In this document: positions 46,314 to 55,692 of the stretch, piece after piece
Layout of the letters: each line of letters starts with the position of its first letter
How positions within the stretch are numbered: position 1 is the first letter of the stretch
Source of the DNA: Candidatus Iainarchaeum sp.
GTDB lineage: Archaea > Iainarchaeota > Iainarchaeia > Iainarchaeales > UBA10219
Direction: 5' to 3'
NCBI GenBank assembly: GCA_018304425.1
Contig: JAGVWE010000003.1
Span: 1 to 64,000 of the forward strand
Length of the DNA stretch: 64,000 bases
Position numbers and translations under genes: made by a program
Notes under the pieces: model-generated
Database searches by the model: none
What the model saw: the letters and a program-made list of their open reading frames with translations, nothing else
What the model was told of the DNA's origin: nothing

Positions 46314-47894
46314 ATGCAAGCAAATGCCCGCTTTCTCGCCGCCTTCGACTCCAAGGACCTTTCCACCGAAACCTTTGACCTCGTCATCGTCGGCACGGGC
46401 CTCGCCGGGCTTGCCACCGCTTATTACGCCCAGAAAGCCGGCAAAGACAAGAGCATTCTCCTGATTTCCAAGGCCAGGCAGAGCCAGATCAACTCCACCA
46501 TGGCCCAGGGAGGCATCTGCTGCGCGCTGGGAAAGAATGACTCCTGGCGCGAGCACGCGAAAGACACCCTGGCCGCGGGCCGCGGCCTCTGCAACGAGAA
46601 GGCAGCCAAGACCTTGGCTAGGGAAGGCGTGGAACGCATCCGGGAACTGATGAACTTGGGCATCCAGTTCGACGCGGGCGACACGAGCCTGCAGTTGGGG
46701 CTTGAAGGCGGGCACTCCAAGCGGAGAATCCTCCACATCAACGGCGACCGCACCGGCCTCGGGTTGAGCCAGTTTTACTTGGGCCTGGTGCGGGAGAGCC
46801 GCAACTGTTTCAGGTTGCCGGGAACCCAGGCCATTGACGTCCTGGCAAAGAACGGCCGCTACACCGGGCTGCTCGTGGAAACCGAGGGCGGGTTCAAGGT
46901 CTTGAAGTCAAGCGCGCTCGTCTTCGCTTCCGGCGGCTATTCCTCGCTGTACGCGCACACCACCAACCCAGTGGAAACCATTGGAGAGGGCGCCAGCATC
47001 TGCTACCGCGCGGGGCTTCCCCTGATGGACCTGGAGTTCGAGCAATTCCATCCCACCACGCTGTCCGTGGAAGGGGCCGGCAACTTTCTCATCAGCGAGG
47101 CCGTGCGGGGCGAGGGCGCCCTGCTCGTGAACGACTCGGGCAAGCGTTTCATGGCGCACGAACCCTTGAAGGAACTGGCTCCACGCGACGTGGTCAGCCG
47201 CGCGGTTTACGCGCAATTGCAGGCAGGCCGAAAGGTGTTCCTGGACGCGCGGCACCTCGGCGCCCGGTACGCGGCCCAACGCTTTCCCTTCATCTCCGAG
47301 CGGCTCCGGGAATTCGGGTTGAGCCTGGCCAGGGACTTGATTCCCATCGAGCCCGCGGCCCACTTTTCTTGTGGCGGCATCCAAACGGATTTGCAGGCAC
47401 GCACCCCCTTGAAGGGCGTGCTGGCGGTGGGCGAGGCGGCCTGCAATGGCTTGCATGGCGCGAACCGGCTGGCCAGCAACTCGCTGCTCGAAGCCATCGT
47501 CTTCGGTTACCGGGCGGCGGAGTCCGCGCTCAAGGAGAAGCCGAAGGCATCGGAACGGTTTGAGGTAAGGGCGTCGGATGGCAAAGGCAAGGCAGACTAT
47601 GGCAGGCTCACGCAGGCGCTGCGGCAGCGGATGTGGGAAAAGGCCGGGATTATGCGCGAGGAAAGGGGCTTGAAGGAGCTGCAGGCATGGGTGCAGGCGG
47701 AGTGGAACGCGCTGGCGTGCGGGAAAACCCATGAATTTTTTTCGACCGCCAACCTACTGCAGCTTTCTGCGTTGATTACCGAGAGTGCCCTTGCACGAAA
47801 GGAGTCCAGGGGCGGCCATTACCGCCTGGATTACCCAGAGCCGAGAAAGGAATTAAAAAGGCACTCCACCCTTAATAGGTATGGAAGCCAGTAA
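46314..47894 (+). CDS. nadB: L-aspartate oxidase
   Basis: AQGGI, EGGHSKRRILH, QFHPT, SEAVRGEG, LAPRDVV, GLHGANRLASNSLLE and ESRGGHYR motifs. Confidence 0.94.
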   Translation: MQANARFLAAFDSKDLSTETFDLVIVGTGLAGLATAYYAQKAGKDKSILLISKARQSQINSTMAQGGICCALGKNDSWREHAKDTLAAGRGLCNEKAAKTLAREGVERIRELMNLGIQFDAGDTSLQLGLEGGHSKRRILHINGDRTGLGLSQFYLGLVRESRNCFRLPGTQAIDVLAKNGRYTGLLVETEGGFKVLKSSALVFASGGYSSLYAHTTNPVETIGEGASICYRAGLPLMDLEFEQFHPTTLSVEGAGNFLISEAVRGEGALLVNDSGKRFMAHEPLKELAPRDVVSRAVYAQLQAGRKVFLDARHLGARYAAQRFPFISERLREFGLSLARDLIPIEPAAHFSCGGIQTDLQARTPLKGVLAVGEAACNGLHGANRLASNSLLEAIVFGYRAAESALKEKPKASERFEVRASDGKGKADYGRLTQALRQRMWEKAGIMREERGLKELQAWVQAEWNALACGKTHEFFSTANLLQLSALITESALARKESRGGHYRLDYPEPRKELKRHSTLNRYGSQ

Positions 47895-48942
47895 ACCCCC
47901 GTCCCGCCGCATTTTAATGGGAGAGGCGGCCTTGGCGAAAAGGCCGTTTTCCTCCGCCGAAATCGAGGCCGAAGCCCGGCGGTTGCATGCGAAACTCCAA
48001 GCCGTTGGTTACCCGGTCGAGCAATGCCGGTTGTACGCGCCGCTCACCCTGGCCATCAACCGCTTGAAGAAGGAAAAGAATGCGGTAATACTCGCGCACA
48101 ATTACCAGCGGGCCGAGGTCTTGTTCGGCATCGCGGACTTCATCGGGGATTCATTGGAGCTGGCGCGGAAGGCACGGGACACCCAGGCCGACATCATCTT
48201 GTTCTGTGGCGTCAAGTTCATGGCCGAGACCGCGAAAATCCTGACCCCGGCGAAGAAAGTGCTGATTCCGGATATGGAAGCGGGCTGCTCGCTGGCGGAA
48301 AGCATTTCCGCGGCGGACGTGAAAAAGCTGCGCGCCGCTCACCCGGAGGCCGCGGTGGTAAGCTACGTGAATACCTACGCGGACGTCAAGGCCGAAAGCG
48401 ACGTGTGCTGCACGAGCGCGAACGCCTTGAAAATCGTGGAGGCGCTGCCGAACCAGGAAATCGTTTTCTTGCCCGACAACTACATGGCGCGCAACATCCA
48501 GGCGCAGACCCCTTTGGGGAAGAAAATCATGGCCTGGAAGGGCTTGTGCATCGTCCATGAAACCTTTCGCGCCGAACAGATTGCCGTTTACCGGAAGACG
48601 TATCCCGGCATCCAGATTCTGGCCCACCTGGAGTGCCACCCGGACGTGGTGAAGCTGGCCGATTACGTGGGCGGAACCTCGGGGATGGCCAAGTACGTGG
48701 CCGAAAGCCAGGCCAAGCAGTTCATGCTGGTCACCGAGTGCGGGATGTCCGATGTCCTGCGGGTGCAGTTCCCCGGCAAGCAGTTCATCGTGCCCTGCGC
48801 CTTGTGCCCGTACATGAAGAAAATCCACCTGGAAAAGGCGCTGGACGTGCTGATACGGGAAGCGAACGAGATAACGGTGCCGGAACCCGTCCGGGCAAAG
48901 GCGGAGCGGGCGCTGCAGAAAATGTTCGAGTTGACGTCCTGA
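47881..48942 (+). CDS. nadA: Quinolinate synthase
   Basis: AHNYQ, GDSL, FCGVKFMAETAK, GCSLA, CIVH, HLEC and CPYMK motifs. Confidence 0.95.
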   Translation: MEASKPPSRRILMGEAALAKRPFSSAEIEAEARRLHAKLQAVGYPVEQCRLYAPLTLAINRLKKEKNAVILAHNYQRAEVLFGIADFIGDSLELARKARDTQADIILFCGVKFMAETAKILTPAKKVLIPDMEAGCSLAESISAADVKKLRAAHPEAAVVSYVNTYADVKAESDVCCTSANALKIVEALPNQEIVFLPDNYMARNIQAQTPLGKKIMAWKGLCIVHETFRAEQIAVYRKTYPGIQILAHLECHPDVVKLADYVGGTSGMAKYVAESQAKQFMLVTECGMSDVLRVQFPGKQFIVPCALCPYMKKIHLEKALDVLIREANEITVPEPVRAKAERALQKMFELTS

Positions 48943-48945
48943 GGG

Positions 48946-49497
48946 CTAGTCGATTAAAAAAACCCGCCGCACGATGTGACTCACCACCGCCCGCAGCGGC
49001 AATTTTCTTTGGGTTGCAATTTGGAGAATGATTTGGTTGGTGATTTGGGCCACTTTTCGCCCCAGGTTGCCAACATCCCCAAACGAGCCTATTTCCGCAA
49101 GGCTCTTCAATGGCACTTCATGGTCCCACCATTGCTGCACCCGTTCCGCTTGGCCGGGTTGCTTGAGGAACCGCTCGATTTCCGCTGAGGTCAGGGCAAG
49201 GCCGGTTTTTTGCCGAACCCTTTCCTGTTCTTCGGCCAGGGCCAGGCCCAGTTGATAGCCTGGCTCCCGTGACCGGAAACCATGGCCGGCGTTCAGCGTA
49301 TTCGGGTAGTGGACCAGCCATTCCCTTGCCTGCTTGAGAACGCGCAGGCGATGCAGGCGGGCCAGGGTCACCTTGAGACGCGCCCGCACCTTGGGATCGG
49401 CCAAGGACCGACTGGCAGCCTTGCGCTCTTTTCTCTGCAGTCTTTTCTCTAACGTGTCAAGGCGCTGGGGGTCGAGGCCATATTTCCGCGCAACCAT
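48946..49497 (-). CDS. Arg-rich helical orphan protein
   Basis: Starts MVARKYGLDPQRL...RLQRKERK; TTTTAAA at 49521-49527; fills the nadA-peptidase gap. Confidence 0.6.
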   Translation of the reverse strand: MVARKYGLDPQRLDTLEKRLQRKERKAASRSLADPKVRARLKVTLARLHRLRVLKQAREWLVHYPNTLNAGHGFRSREPGYQLGLALAEEQERVRQKTGLALTSAEIERFLKQPGQAERVQQWWDHEVPLKSLAEIGSFGDVGNLGRKVAQITNQIILQIATQRKLPLRAVVSHIVRRVFLID

Positions 49498-49560
49498 ACG
49501 CTCATACGCCGCGGAAACCCTTTTAAACCCCTTAAACCATTGTCTACCAGGGTCTGTGAC

Positions 49561-50643
49561 ATGAAGGAAAAGGCGCGCCAGTTGTTCGACCATGTGAACG
49601 TCGATGCCGTGGTGCTGGAGAACTGTGAGGAAGTCAAAGAATTGAACCTCTACTATTTCACGGGCCTGCCGAAGAAGATTACCGGCAGCCAGTTCCTCGT
49701 GCTGACGCGGGACAAGACCACGCTCTACGCCACCGTCCTCGAGTACGGGGCCATCGAGAAAGAGTTGAAGCAGAAATTCGTTGACCTGCGGCTGTTCAAA
49801 AGCGAAAAGGACTTGCTGGCATCGCTGGCCCAGGAATTCCATGCCGCGGAAGTGCTGGGCGTCAACTACTCGGTGCTGAGCAAGAAGTCCTACGACAAGC
49901 TGGCCAACGCGTTCCCAGGCAAGATCCTGGTCGACGTGTCGGGAACCCTCAACCGGGTGCGGGAAAAGAAGACCGAAGCCGAAATCGCGTGCATCAAAAA
50001 AGCCTGCAAGGCCAGCGAAGACCTCCTCAAAGAAATTCCCTCCCTGGCACGACCCGGCAAAACCGAGTTGGACGTGCAGAAGGCCATGGACGCCTGGATG
50101 CGCGAGCGGGACTGCGTTCCCGCGTTCGAAACCATTGTGGCAAGCGGCGCGAACGCGAGCATCCCCCACCACGTGGCGGGAAACACCAGGCTCCGCAAGG
50201 GCGATTTGCTCCTCCTCGACTTCGGTGCCGAGTACGCGAACTACGCTTCGGACCTCACGCGCATGTTCGTCCTGGGCAAGGCCACCAAACGGCAGAAAGA
50301 GCTGTACAAGCTCGTGTTCGAGGCCAAGGAGCGCTCCCATGCCCAGGCGTTTCCCGGCAACCCGGCCAAGAACGTGTTCCTGGCCAGCGAAAACCACTTG
50401 AAGGCCCACGGCTTTTCCATGATTCACTCGATTGGCCACGGCCTCGGCTTGCGCGTGCACGACTTCCCGCCCAGGATGGGCCTTGACGCGGAGTGGAAGC
50501 TCGAAGCCGGCATGGTGGTAACGATTGAACCCGGGGTTTACGACAAAGGCTTTGGCGGCATCCGCATCGAGGACGACGTGCTCGTCACGGAAAAGGGGCA
50601 CACGCGGTTGACCAAGGCACCTAGGCAATTGACGGAACTGTAG
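49561..50643 (+). CDS. pepQ: Xaa-Pro aminopeptidase/prolidase (M24)
   Basis: PHH, DFGA...YASDLTR, HSIGHGLG, TIEPG and GIRIED motifs. Confidence 0.88.
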   Translation: MKEKARQLFDHVNVDAVVLENCEEVKELNLYYFTGLPKKITGSQFLVLTRDKTTLYATVLEYGAIEKELKQKFVDLRLFKSEKDLLASLAQEFHAAEVLGVNYSVLSKKSYDKLANAFPGKILVDVSGTLNRVREKKTEAEIACIKKACKASEDLLKEIPSLARPGKTELDVQKAMDAWMRERDCVPAFETIVASGANASIPHHVAGNTRLRKGDLLLLDFGAEYANYASDLTRMFVLGKATKRQKELYKLVFEAKERSHAQAFPGNPAKNVFLASENHLKAHGFSMIHSIGHGLGLRVHDFPPRMGLDAEWKLEAGMVVTIEPGVYDKGFGGIRIEDDVLVTEKGHTRLTKAPRQLTEL

Positions 50644-51018
50644 TCAGGGCCCCGCGTATTTGGCCAGCAGGGCCTTCAACTCAGGCAAGTCAAAGGGCTT
50701 CATGATGTAGCCGTCCGCGCCCGACTTCTTGCATACTTCCTTGATGTTGACGTAGGCCGAGAAGAGGATGACGGGCAGGGCCTTCGTTTCCGGGCTGGAC
50801 CGGAGTTCTTGGACGAGTTTCGGCACGTCCAGGTTGGGCATGACGACGTCCTGCAACAGCAGGGCCGGCTTGTTCTTCCGGACGGTTTCCACGATTTTCT
50901 TGGCGTCGTCCACGGTGACGGACGGGTAACCGAAGACCTGCAGCAACTGTTTGGCGGTTTCCAGGATGTCGGGCTCGTCGTCCGCAATCATCACGAGTTT
51001 CTTGGAAGCCATGCTCAT
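50644..51018 (-). CDS. Stand-alone response regulator receiver
   Basis: ADDEP, QDVVMP, PVILFSA and GADGYIMKPF motifs. Confidence 0.9.
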   Translation of the reverse strand: MSMASKKLVMIADDEPDILETAKQLLQVFGYPSVTVDDAKKIVETVRKNKPALLLQDVVMPNLDVPKLVQELRSSPETKALPVILFSAYVNIKEVCKKSGADGYIMKPFDLPELKALLAKYAGP

Positions 51019-51055
51019 TCTCCTTTCGTTCAATGAAAGACCGATGTCCTTAAAT

Positions 51056-52354
51056 TCAGCCATCCTGCCGGAACGGCAAGGCAAAGGAAAAAGTGGTTCC
51101 CTCGCCCAGGACGCTCTCACACCAGATCCGGCCCTTGTGGGCCTCCAGGATGCCCTTCGAGATGACCAGGCCTAGGCCGGAGCCCTTGACGTTCACGCTG
51201 GAAGTGGAACTGGCCTGGAAGAAGGGCGTGAACAGCTTGCGCTGGTCTTCCACGGAAATGCCAGGCCCGTGGTCGGAGACGCTGACCCGGACTTCGCCTT
51301 CCCGCTTCTCCAGGGAAACCAGAATCTCCGTGTCCCTGGCTGAGAACTTGATGGCGTTGTCCACCAGGTTGGTCAGCACCTGCGTGATCCGGTCGGGGTC
51401 GAAGAAGAAGTCCGGGCAGTCCCCTGCTTTCACCCTGATTTTCACGTTCTTGACCGAGGCAATGGGTTGCTCGATTTCCACCACGTAGTCGATGGCTTTC
51501 TTGAGGCTGGCCTTGACCGGGAGGGCGCTCATCTTGCCCGCGCTGATCTTGCTGACGTCCATGATGCCGGCAATGAGTTTCTCGAGGCGCAGCAGGTTGC
51601 GCAGCACCATCTCCAGGCTGCCCTTCTGGTTCTCCGAGACGCTGCCCAGGTAACCGCTCATGAACATCTGGAGCTGCGCTTTCATGGGCGTCAAGGGCGT
51701 GCGCAGCTCGTGGGAGGTTACGCTCAAGAACAAGTCCTTGGCCTTGTCCAGGGCCTTCAACTCGGCCTGCTGCTTGAACAAAAAGCCGGCCAGGTAGTAG
51801 ACGGCGAAGGCAATCAGGTAATTGAACAATAGCGTGGAAAACAGGTGGGTCAAGACGTACACGGGGTTGTACACCAGCTGGGTTTCGACGACGAAGCCCT
51901 CGGCCGGCAACAGCTTCGTGTACTCCAAGGCAACCGCGAACAACAGGAAGGCGTTGGCCAGGCTCGCCGTGACCAGGGCACGGTTGCCACCCAGGGAAAT
52001 GCCTTCCACGACGATCAAGAAGAGGTAGAGCCACAGGAACGGGCTGTTGAGGCCCCCACTCAAGTGGATGCCGCCCGTGGCCAGGATGAGCATGCTCACG
52101 CTCTGGATGTTGATGGCATACGACAGGTGCTTGCGGGGCTTGTAGAACTGCAGGTAATTGAGGCAGGCGATGCCCACCGCGGCCAGGTCCAGCAGCAACA
52201 CCAGGATGAGGGAGTGCTTCTTGCTCACCACCCAGAGGAAAAACACCACCAGGGCAATGAAAGCCCCCAGCACCCAGACAAAGGTGAGGTTGTTCCGCAG
52301 GGCGCTGGCCAGCCGCTGCTGCTGTTCTGCCTCCGTTTCCTGCTCGCCGGGCAT
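51056..52354 (-). CDS. Membrane sensor histidine kinase
   Basis: About 6 TM helices; SHELRTPL, NLVDNAIKF, DHGPGI and GSGLGL boxes. Confidence 0.93.
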   Translation of the reverse strand: MPGEQETEAEQQQRLASALRNNLTFVWVLGAFIALVVFFLWVVSKKHSLILVLLLDLAAVGIACLNYLQFYKPRKHLSYAINIQSVSMLILATGGIHLSGGLNSPFLWLYLFLIVVEGISLGGNRALVTASLANAFLLFAVALEYTKLLPAEGFVVETQLVYNPVYVLTHLFSTLLFNYLIAFAVYYLAGFLFKQQAELKALDKAKDLFLSVTSHELRTPLTPMKAQLQMFMSGYLGSVSENQKGSLEMVLRNLLRLEKLIAGIMDVSKISAGKMSALPVKASLKKAIDYVVEIEQPIASVKNVKIRVKAGDCPDFFFDPDRITQVLTNLVDNAIKFSARDTEILVSLEKREGEVRVSVSDHGPGISVEDQRKLFTPFFQASSTSSVNVKGSGLGLVISKGILEAHKGRIWCESVLGEGTTFSFALPFRQDG

Positions 52355-52407
52355 GCGTAGGATTAACGGAAAACCCGTATATATACTTAAGCCTTTTTGC
52401 GGCAGGA

Positions 52408-53202
52408 ATGGGTATGGACCTGGTTCACGCGCGCAAGCTGGTGGCCGAAGCCATCCAGAACCAGGAAATGCTGATGGTCATCGGCGACTGTTACGTGGAG
52501 TACTGGGGGCGCGCGGCCTCCAAGCTGCCGCGGGGGAAAAGGCTGTGCCTCATCAAGGGGGATGGCTCGTTCGGCATCCACCAGAACAAGAAGCTGCGGC
52601 CCGTCAACTACATGATGGGCGCGGCCATTGCCTCGGAAGTCAAGGACGGCTGCCTGCTCCTGAGCGCGAAAAAGGCCAAGCCCAAAGAAGAAATAAGGGT
52701 CCACTTTTACGCCGTGGACGGCGTGCACCGCTATGCCATGGACGACCGGGAAGACGTGCGGCTGTTCGGGAGCGAGCGGGAGCTGAGCGGCCAGCTGATG
52801 ACGGACCTGAGCTTCATCGAGCCCGGCCTGACCCCGATGAAATCAGAGGCGCCCTTCCGCAAGGGCACGGTGGACATCCTGGCCGAGGACGGGAGGGGAA
52901 GACTCGTCGTCATCGAAGTCAAGCGCCGCAAGGCCGAGTTCGACGCCGTGACGCAGCTGGAACGGTACATGAAGCAGGTGCGCAAGCTGAAGGGCCGCGA
53001 GACCAGGGGTTTGCTTATCGCACCCGAAATCAGCCCCCACGCCCTGGAGTTGCTGGAACAATCGGGCCTCGAGTTCTACCAGTTCGACTACGAGGTGGGC
53101 AACCCCCGAGCCACCATCAAGGGCGTGCGGAAAAAGCAGCCCACCCTGAGCGAGTACCTGGGCACGCCAAGCGCACCGCTCCTCTCCCGGGGCAAGGATT
53201 AA
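52408..53202 (+). CDS. nucS: Endonuclease NucS/EndoMS
   Basis: VEYWGRAASKL, IKGDGS, PVNY, VDIL, IEVKR and QLERY motifs. Confidence 0.93.
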   Translation: MGMDLVHARKLVAEAIQNQEMLMVIGDCYVEYWGRAASKLPRGKRLCLIKGDGSFGIHQNKKLRPVNYMMGAAIASEVKDGCLLLSAKKAKPKEEIRVHFYAVDGVHRYAMDDREDVRLFGSERELSGQLMTDLSFIEPGLTPMKSEAPFRKGTVDILAEDGRGRLVVIEVKRRKAEFDAVTQLERYMKQVRKLKGRETRGLLIAPEISPHALELLEQSGLEFYQFDYEVGNPRATIKGVRKKQPTLSEYLGTPSAPLLSRGKD

Positions 53203-53238
53203 ATTAGGGTGGGCGGTAAATGGATGGGGAGCCTTCGC

Positions 53239-54120
53239 ATGTACCCTGCCAGACCCGTCTTGAAGCCCAACCTCGTGCAGGTCGAGGGCATTGACTTCTG
53301 CAACGCCAAGTGCGGCATGTGCCCGGTGCCGGTGTTGAAGCGCGCCAAGGCCCTCATGAAGATGGACTTGTTCCGAAAAATCATCCAGGACTGCGTGGAA
53401 GTGAAGCCCCTGCAGGTGATGCCGTTCCTCAACGGGGAGCCGTTCCTCGACCCCCTTATCTTCGAGCGGATTGCCTGCATCAACGAGTTGCTTCCCAACA
53501 CGTTGGTCAAACTGATTTCGAACGCGGAATTGCTGGACGAACGCAAGCTGGACAAGCTCCTGGCCCTCAAGGTCGGCATGGTCTCCTTCAGCGTCAACGC
53601 GTACTCGGCCAAGGCCCACCGGGAAGTCATGGGCCTCGACCACGGGAAGGTCATGGCCAACATCGACCGCTTCATCGAGAAGAGCCAGGGAAGAATCCCT
53701 TACAAGGTCACCTTTGTCTCGCAAAAAGAGAACCTGTTCGAGGAACAGGCCTTCAAGGACTACTGGCACCAGCGGGGCGTGCGGGCCACGGCCCTGCGCC
53801 TCCAGGACTTCGGCGGCCACGTGGACCTGGGAAAAAAGGATTCCCTGCAGGGAAGAATTAGGAGACTCTTCTCCGCCTTGCAGGGCCAGTCCAACACGCA
53901 TGCCTGTGGCAAGCTCTTCAACCACCTCACGGTGATGGCCGACGGGAGGGTGAACCTCTGCTGCTTTGACGCGGAAGGACAGGTTATCGTGGGCGATTTG
54001 AACGAACAGTCCGTCATGGAGGTCTGGAACGGCGAAAAACTCGACGGAATCCGGCGCATGCACTTGGCGGGGAAAAGGCCGGAACTGCCCCTGTGCGGCA
54101 CCTGCACGGCCATGTATTGA
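53239..54120 (+). CDS. Radical SAM protein with SPASM/twitch domain
   Basis: CNAKCGMC, GEPFLDP and DGRVNLCC...CGTC motifs. Confidence 0.87.
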   Translation: MYPARPVLKPNLVQVEGIDFCNAKCGMCPVPVLKRAKALMKMDLFRKIIQDCVEVKPLQVMPFLNGEPFLDPLIFERIACINELLPNTLVKLISNAELLDERKLDKLLALKVGMVSFSVNAYSAKAHREVMGLDHGKVMANIDRFIEKSQGRIPYKVTFVSQKENLFEEQAFKDYWHQRGVRATALRLQDFGGHVDLGKKDSLQGRIRRLFSALQGQSNTHACGKLFNHLTVMADGRVNLCCFDAEGQVIVGDLNEQSVMEVWNGEKLDGIRRMHLAGKRPELPLCGTCTAMY

Positions 54121-54134
54121 GCAGAGCCACCCGG

Positions 54135-55562
54135 TTAAGCGGGAGTGCGTGCTCTTGAAAAGAACAGGCAGCAGGCGAGGTTGGCGGTCACGATGAACAG
54201 GGCCGCGCCCACGATGAGCACGGGGCTATCGACCAGGTTGCCGTAGACGAAGGCCGGGAGTCCGAAGAGCAGCGAGCAGCCCACGCCCCACAAGGCGCCC
54301 TTGGCCGTCAGCTTGTCCCAGTAGAGGCTGAGGATGGTGGGCACGATCATCGAGGAGGCCACGGCCCCGAAAATCCAGAACAATTGCTTCAAGCCGAAGC
54401 CCGGCAGCCAGGCCGCGGCCAGGGCGACGAGGAAGCCCGCGGCAAGGATGAGGAGCATCCCCACCTTGGGGTGGCGGAGGTCGTGGGAGACCACGTATTT
54501 TTTGGCGTCCACCGCGTACAGCGAGGAGAACGCGTTGAGCGCCGAGTCCATGGTCGAGGCCAGGCCGGCCAGCAACATCAGGAGGAAAGCAAGAAGGAAG
54601 CCGCTGGGCAGCAAGTGTGCGACCGCGAGGACGCCAATCAGGGAGGCGTCCGTGCCCTCTGGCAACGCGATTCCTGAGCCCGGCGCGGCCGCGAGGAATC
54701 CGAGCACGGACAAGGCGATGGGCACGATTCCGAACAAAAGCGCGCCCCCCATGAAACCTGGTACCACGGACTTTTTCTCGAACGCGAACACCCGCTGCCA
54801 GAACTGCTGGTCGGATAGGGAGCCCGCGATGAGGCCAATGGAGGTCACCAGGCCGAAGGAAAAGGCGACGCCGGGGTCGAAGAGGTCGGAGTGTTTTCCC
54901 GTCACGCCGCCCAGGCCAGCCCAAACGGCTTCAAACCCGCCCCCTGCGGAGAGGGCTGAGGGAACTACGATGGCGATGCCCACGAAGATGACGGCCAACT
55001 GCACGACGTCCGTAACGATGGAGGACCGCAGGCCCGAGAGCCAGGAATAGGCGAGGACAATCGCGGCCAAGGCCAGCATGGCGGGCAGGAGCGGGATGCC
55101 TGTGAGCAATTGCACGAGGTTGCCGCCCGCGAACAATTGCACGGAGACGGCCATCAATTGGTAGAAGCTTTGGCCGAAAAAGTAGACCTTGCGCAGCCGC
55201 TGGTCGCCCAGCTTTTGGCCGATGAATTCTGCGAAGGTGTGGCCCTGTTGGAATTGTGCGCGGATTTTCGGCGCCAGCAGGATGAAGATGGCCACGGCGA
55301 CGATGTTGGGCGCCGTGAACCAGAAGATGCCGGGCAGGCCAAGTTGGTAAGCCATCTGCGAGGAGAGGAAGAGCGCCGGGGCCCAAATCCAGGAGGCCGC
55401 AATGCTCGCGGCGCCCATCCACCAGGGAACGTTTCTTCCAGCCATCAGGAAGTCCTCAGTGGACAGGCGCTCGTGCCGGGTGAAGAACCAGGTGATGAGC
55501 AGCATGGCGAGTCCGAAGACTGCCAAAACCAACCAACCATCGAACGCGGAAATGAAAGCCAT
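54135..55562 (-). CDS. Sodium:solute symporter (SSS family; substrate unknown)
   Basis: FLMAGRNV, ASWIWA, SGLRSSIVTDVVQ, DQQFWQR and ASTMDS motifs; many TM helices. Confidence 0.88.
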   Translation of the reverse strand: MAFISAFDGWLVLAVFGLAMLLITWFFTRHERLSTEDFLMAGRNVPWWMGAASIAASWIWAPALFLSSQMAYQLGLPGIFWFTAPNIVAVAIFILLAPKIRAQFQQGHTFAEFIGQKLGDQRLRKVYFFGQSFYQLMAVSVQLFAGGNLVQLLTGIPLLPAMLALAAIVLAYSWLSGLRSSIVTDVVQLAVIFVGIAIVVPSALSAGGGFEAVWAGLGGVTGKHSDLFDPGVAFSFGLVTSIGLIAGSLSDQQFWQRVFAFEKKSVVPGFMGGALLFGIVPIALSVLGFLAAAPGSGIALPEGTDASLIGVLAVAHLLPSGFLLAFLLMLLAGLASTMDSALNAFSSLYAVDAKKYVVSHDLRHPKVGMLLILAAGFLVALAAAWLPGFGLKQLFWIFGAVASSMIVPTILSLYWDKLTAKGALWGVGCSLLFGLPAFVYGNLVDSPVLIVGAALFIVTANLACCLFFSRARTPA

Positions 55563-55632
55563 CTTTTGCAACCCCCTCACGGAGTAAAGTGAATCCTTAA
55601 ATACTTGCAGCGGCCCCCTTAAAGTAAATATG

Positions 55633-55650
55633 TGGTGGCAATTGCCACCA
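55633..55650. promoter_or_regulatory. Perfect 18-bp palindrome, probable TrmB operator
   Basis: TGGTGGCAATTGCCACCA lies between the divergent TATA boxes of the symporter and trmB genes. Confidence 0.65.
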
Positions 55651-55692
55651 AAAATAGATAGCGTTATATAGGGGTTTGAAGCCAATATACGC

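Noticed and set aside
49498-50628. Upstream part of the 560-aa minus-strand ORF 48946..50628
   Set aside because: Antisense to the Xaa-Pro peptidase. The TATA position supports a start at 49497.
50644-52354. Histidine kinase with receiver-only regulator as a novelty
   Set aside because: Receiver-only output is common in archaeal two-component systems.
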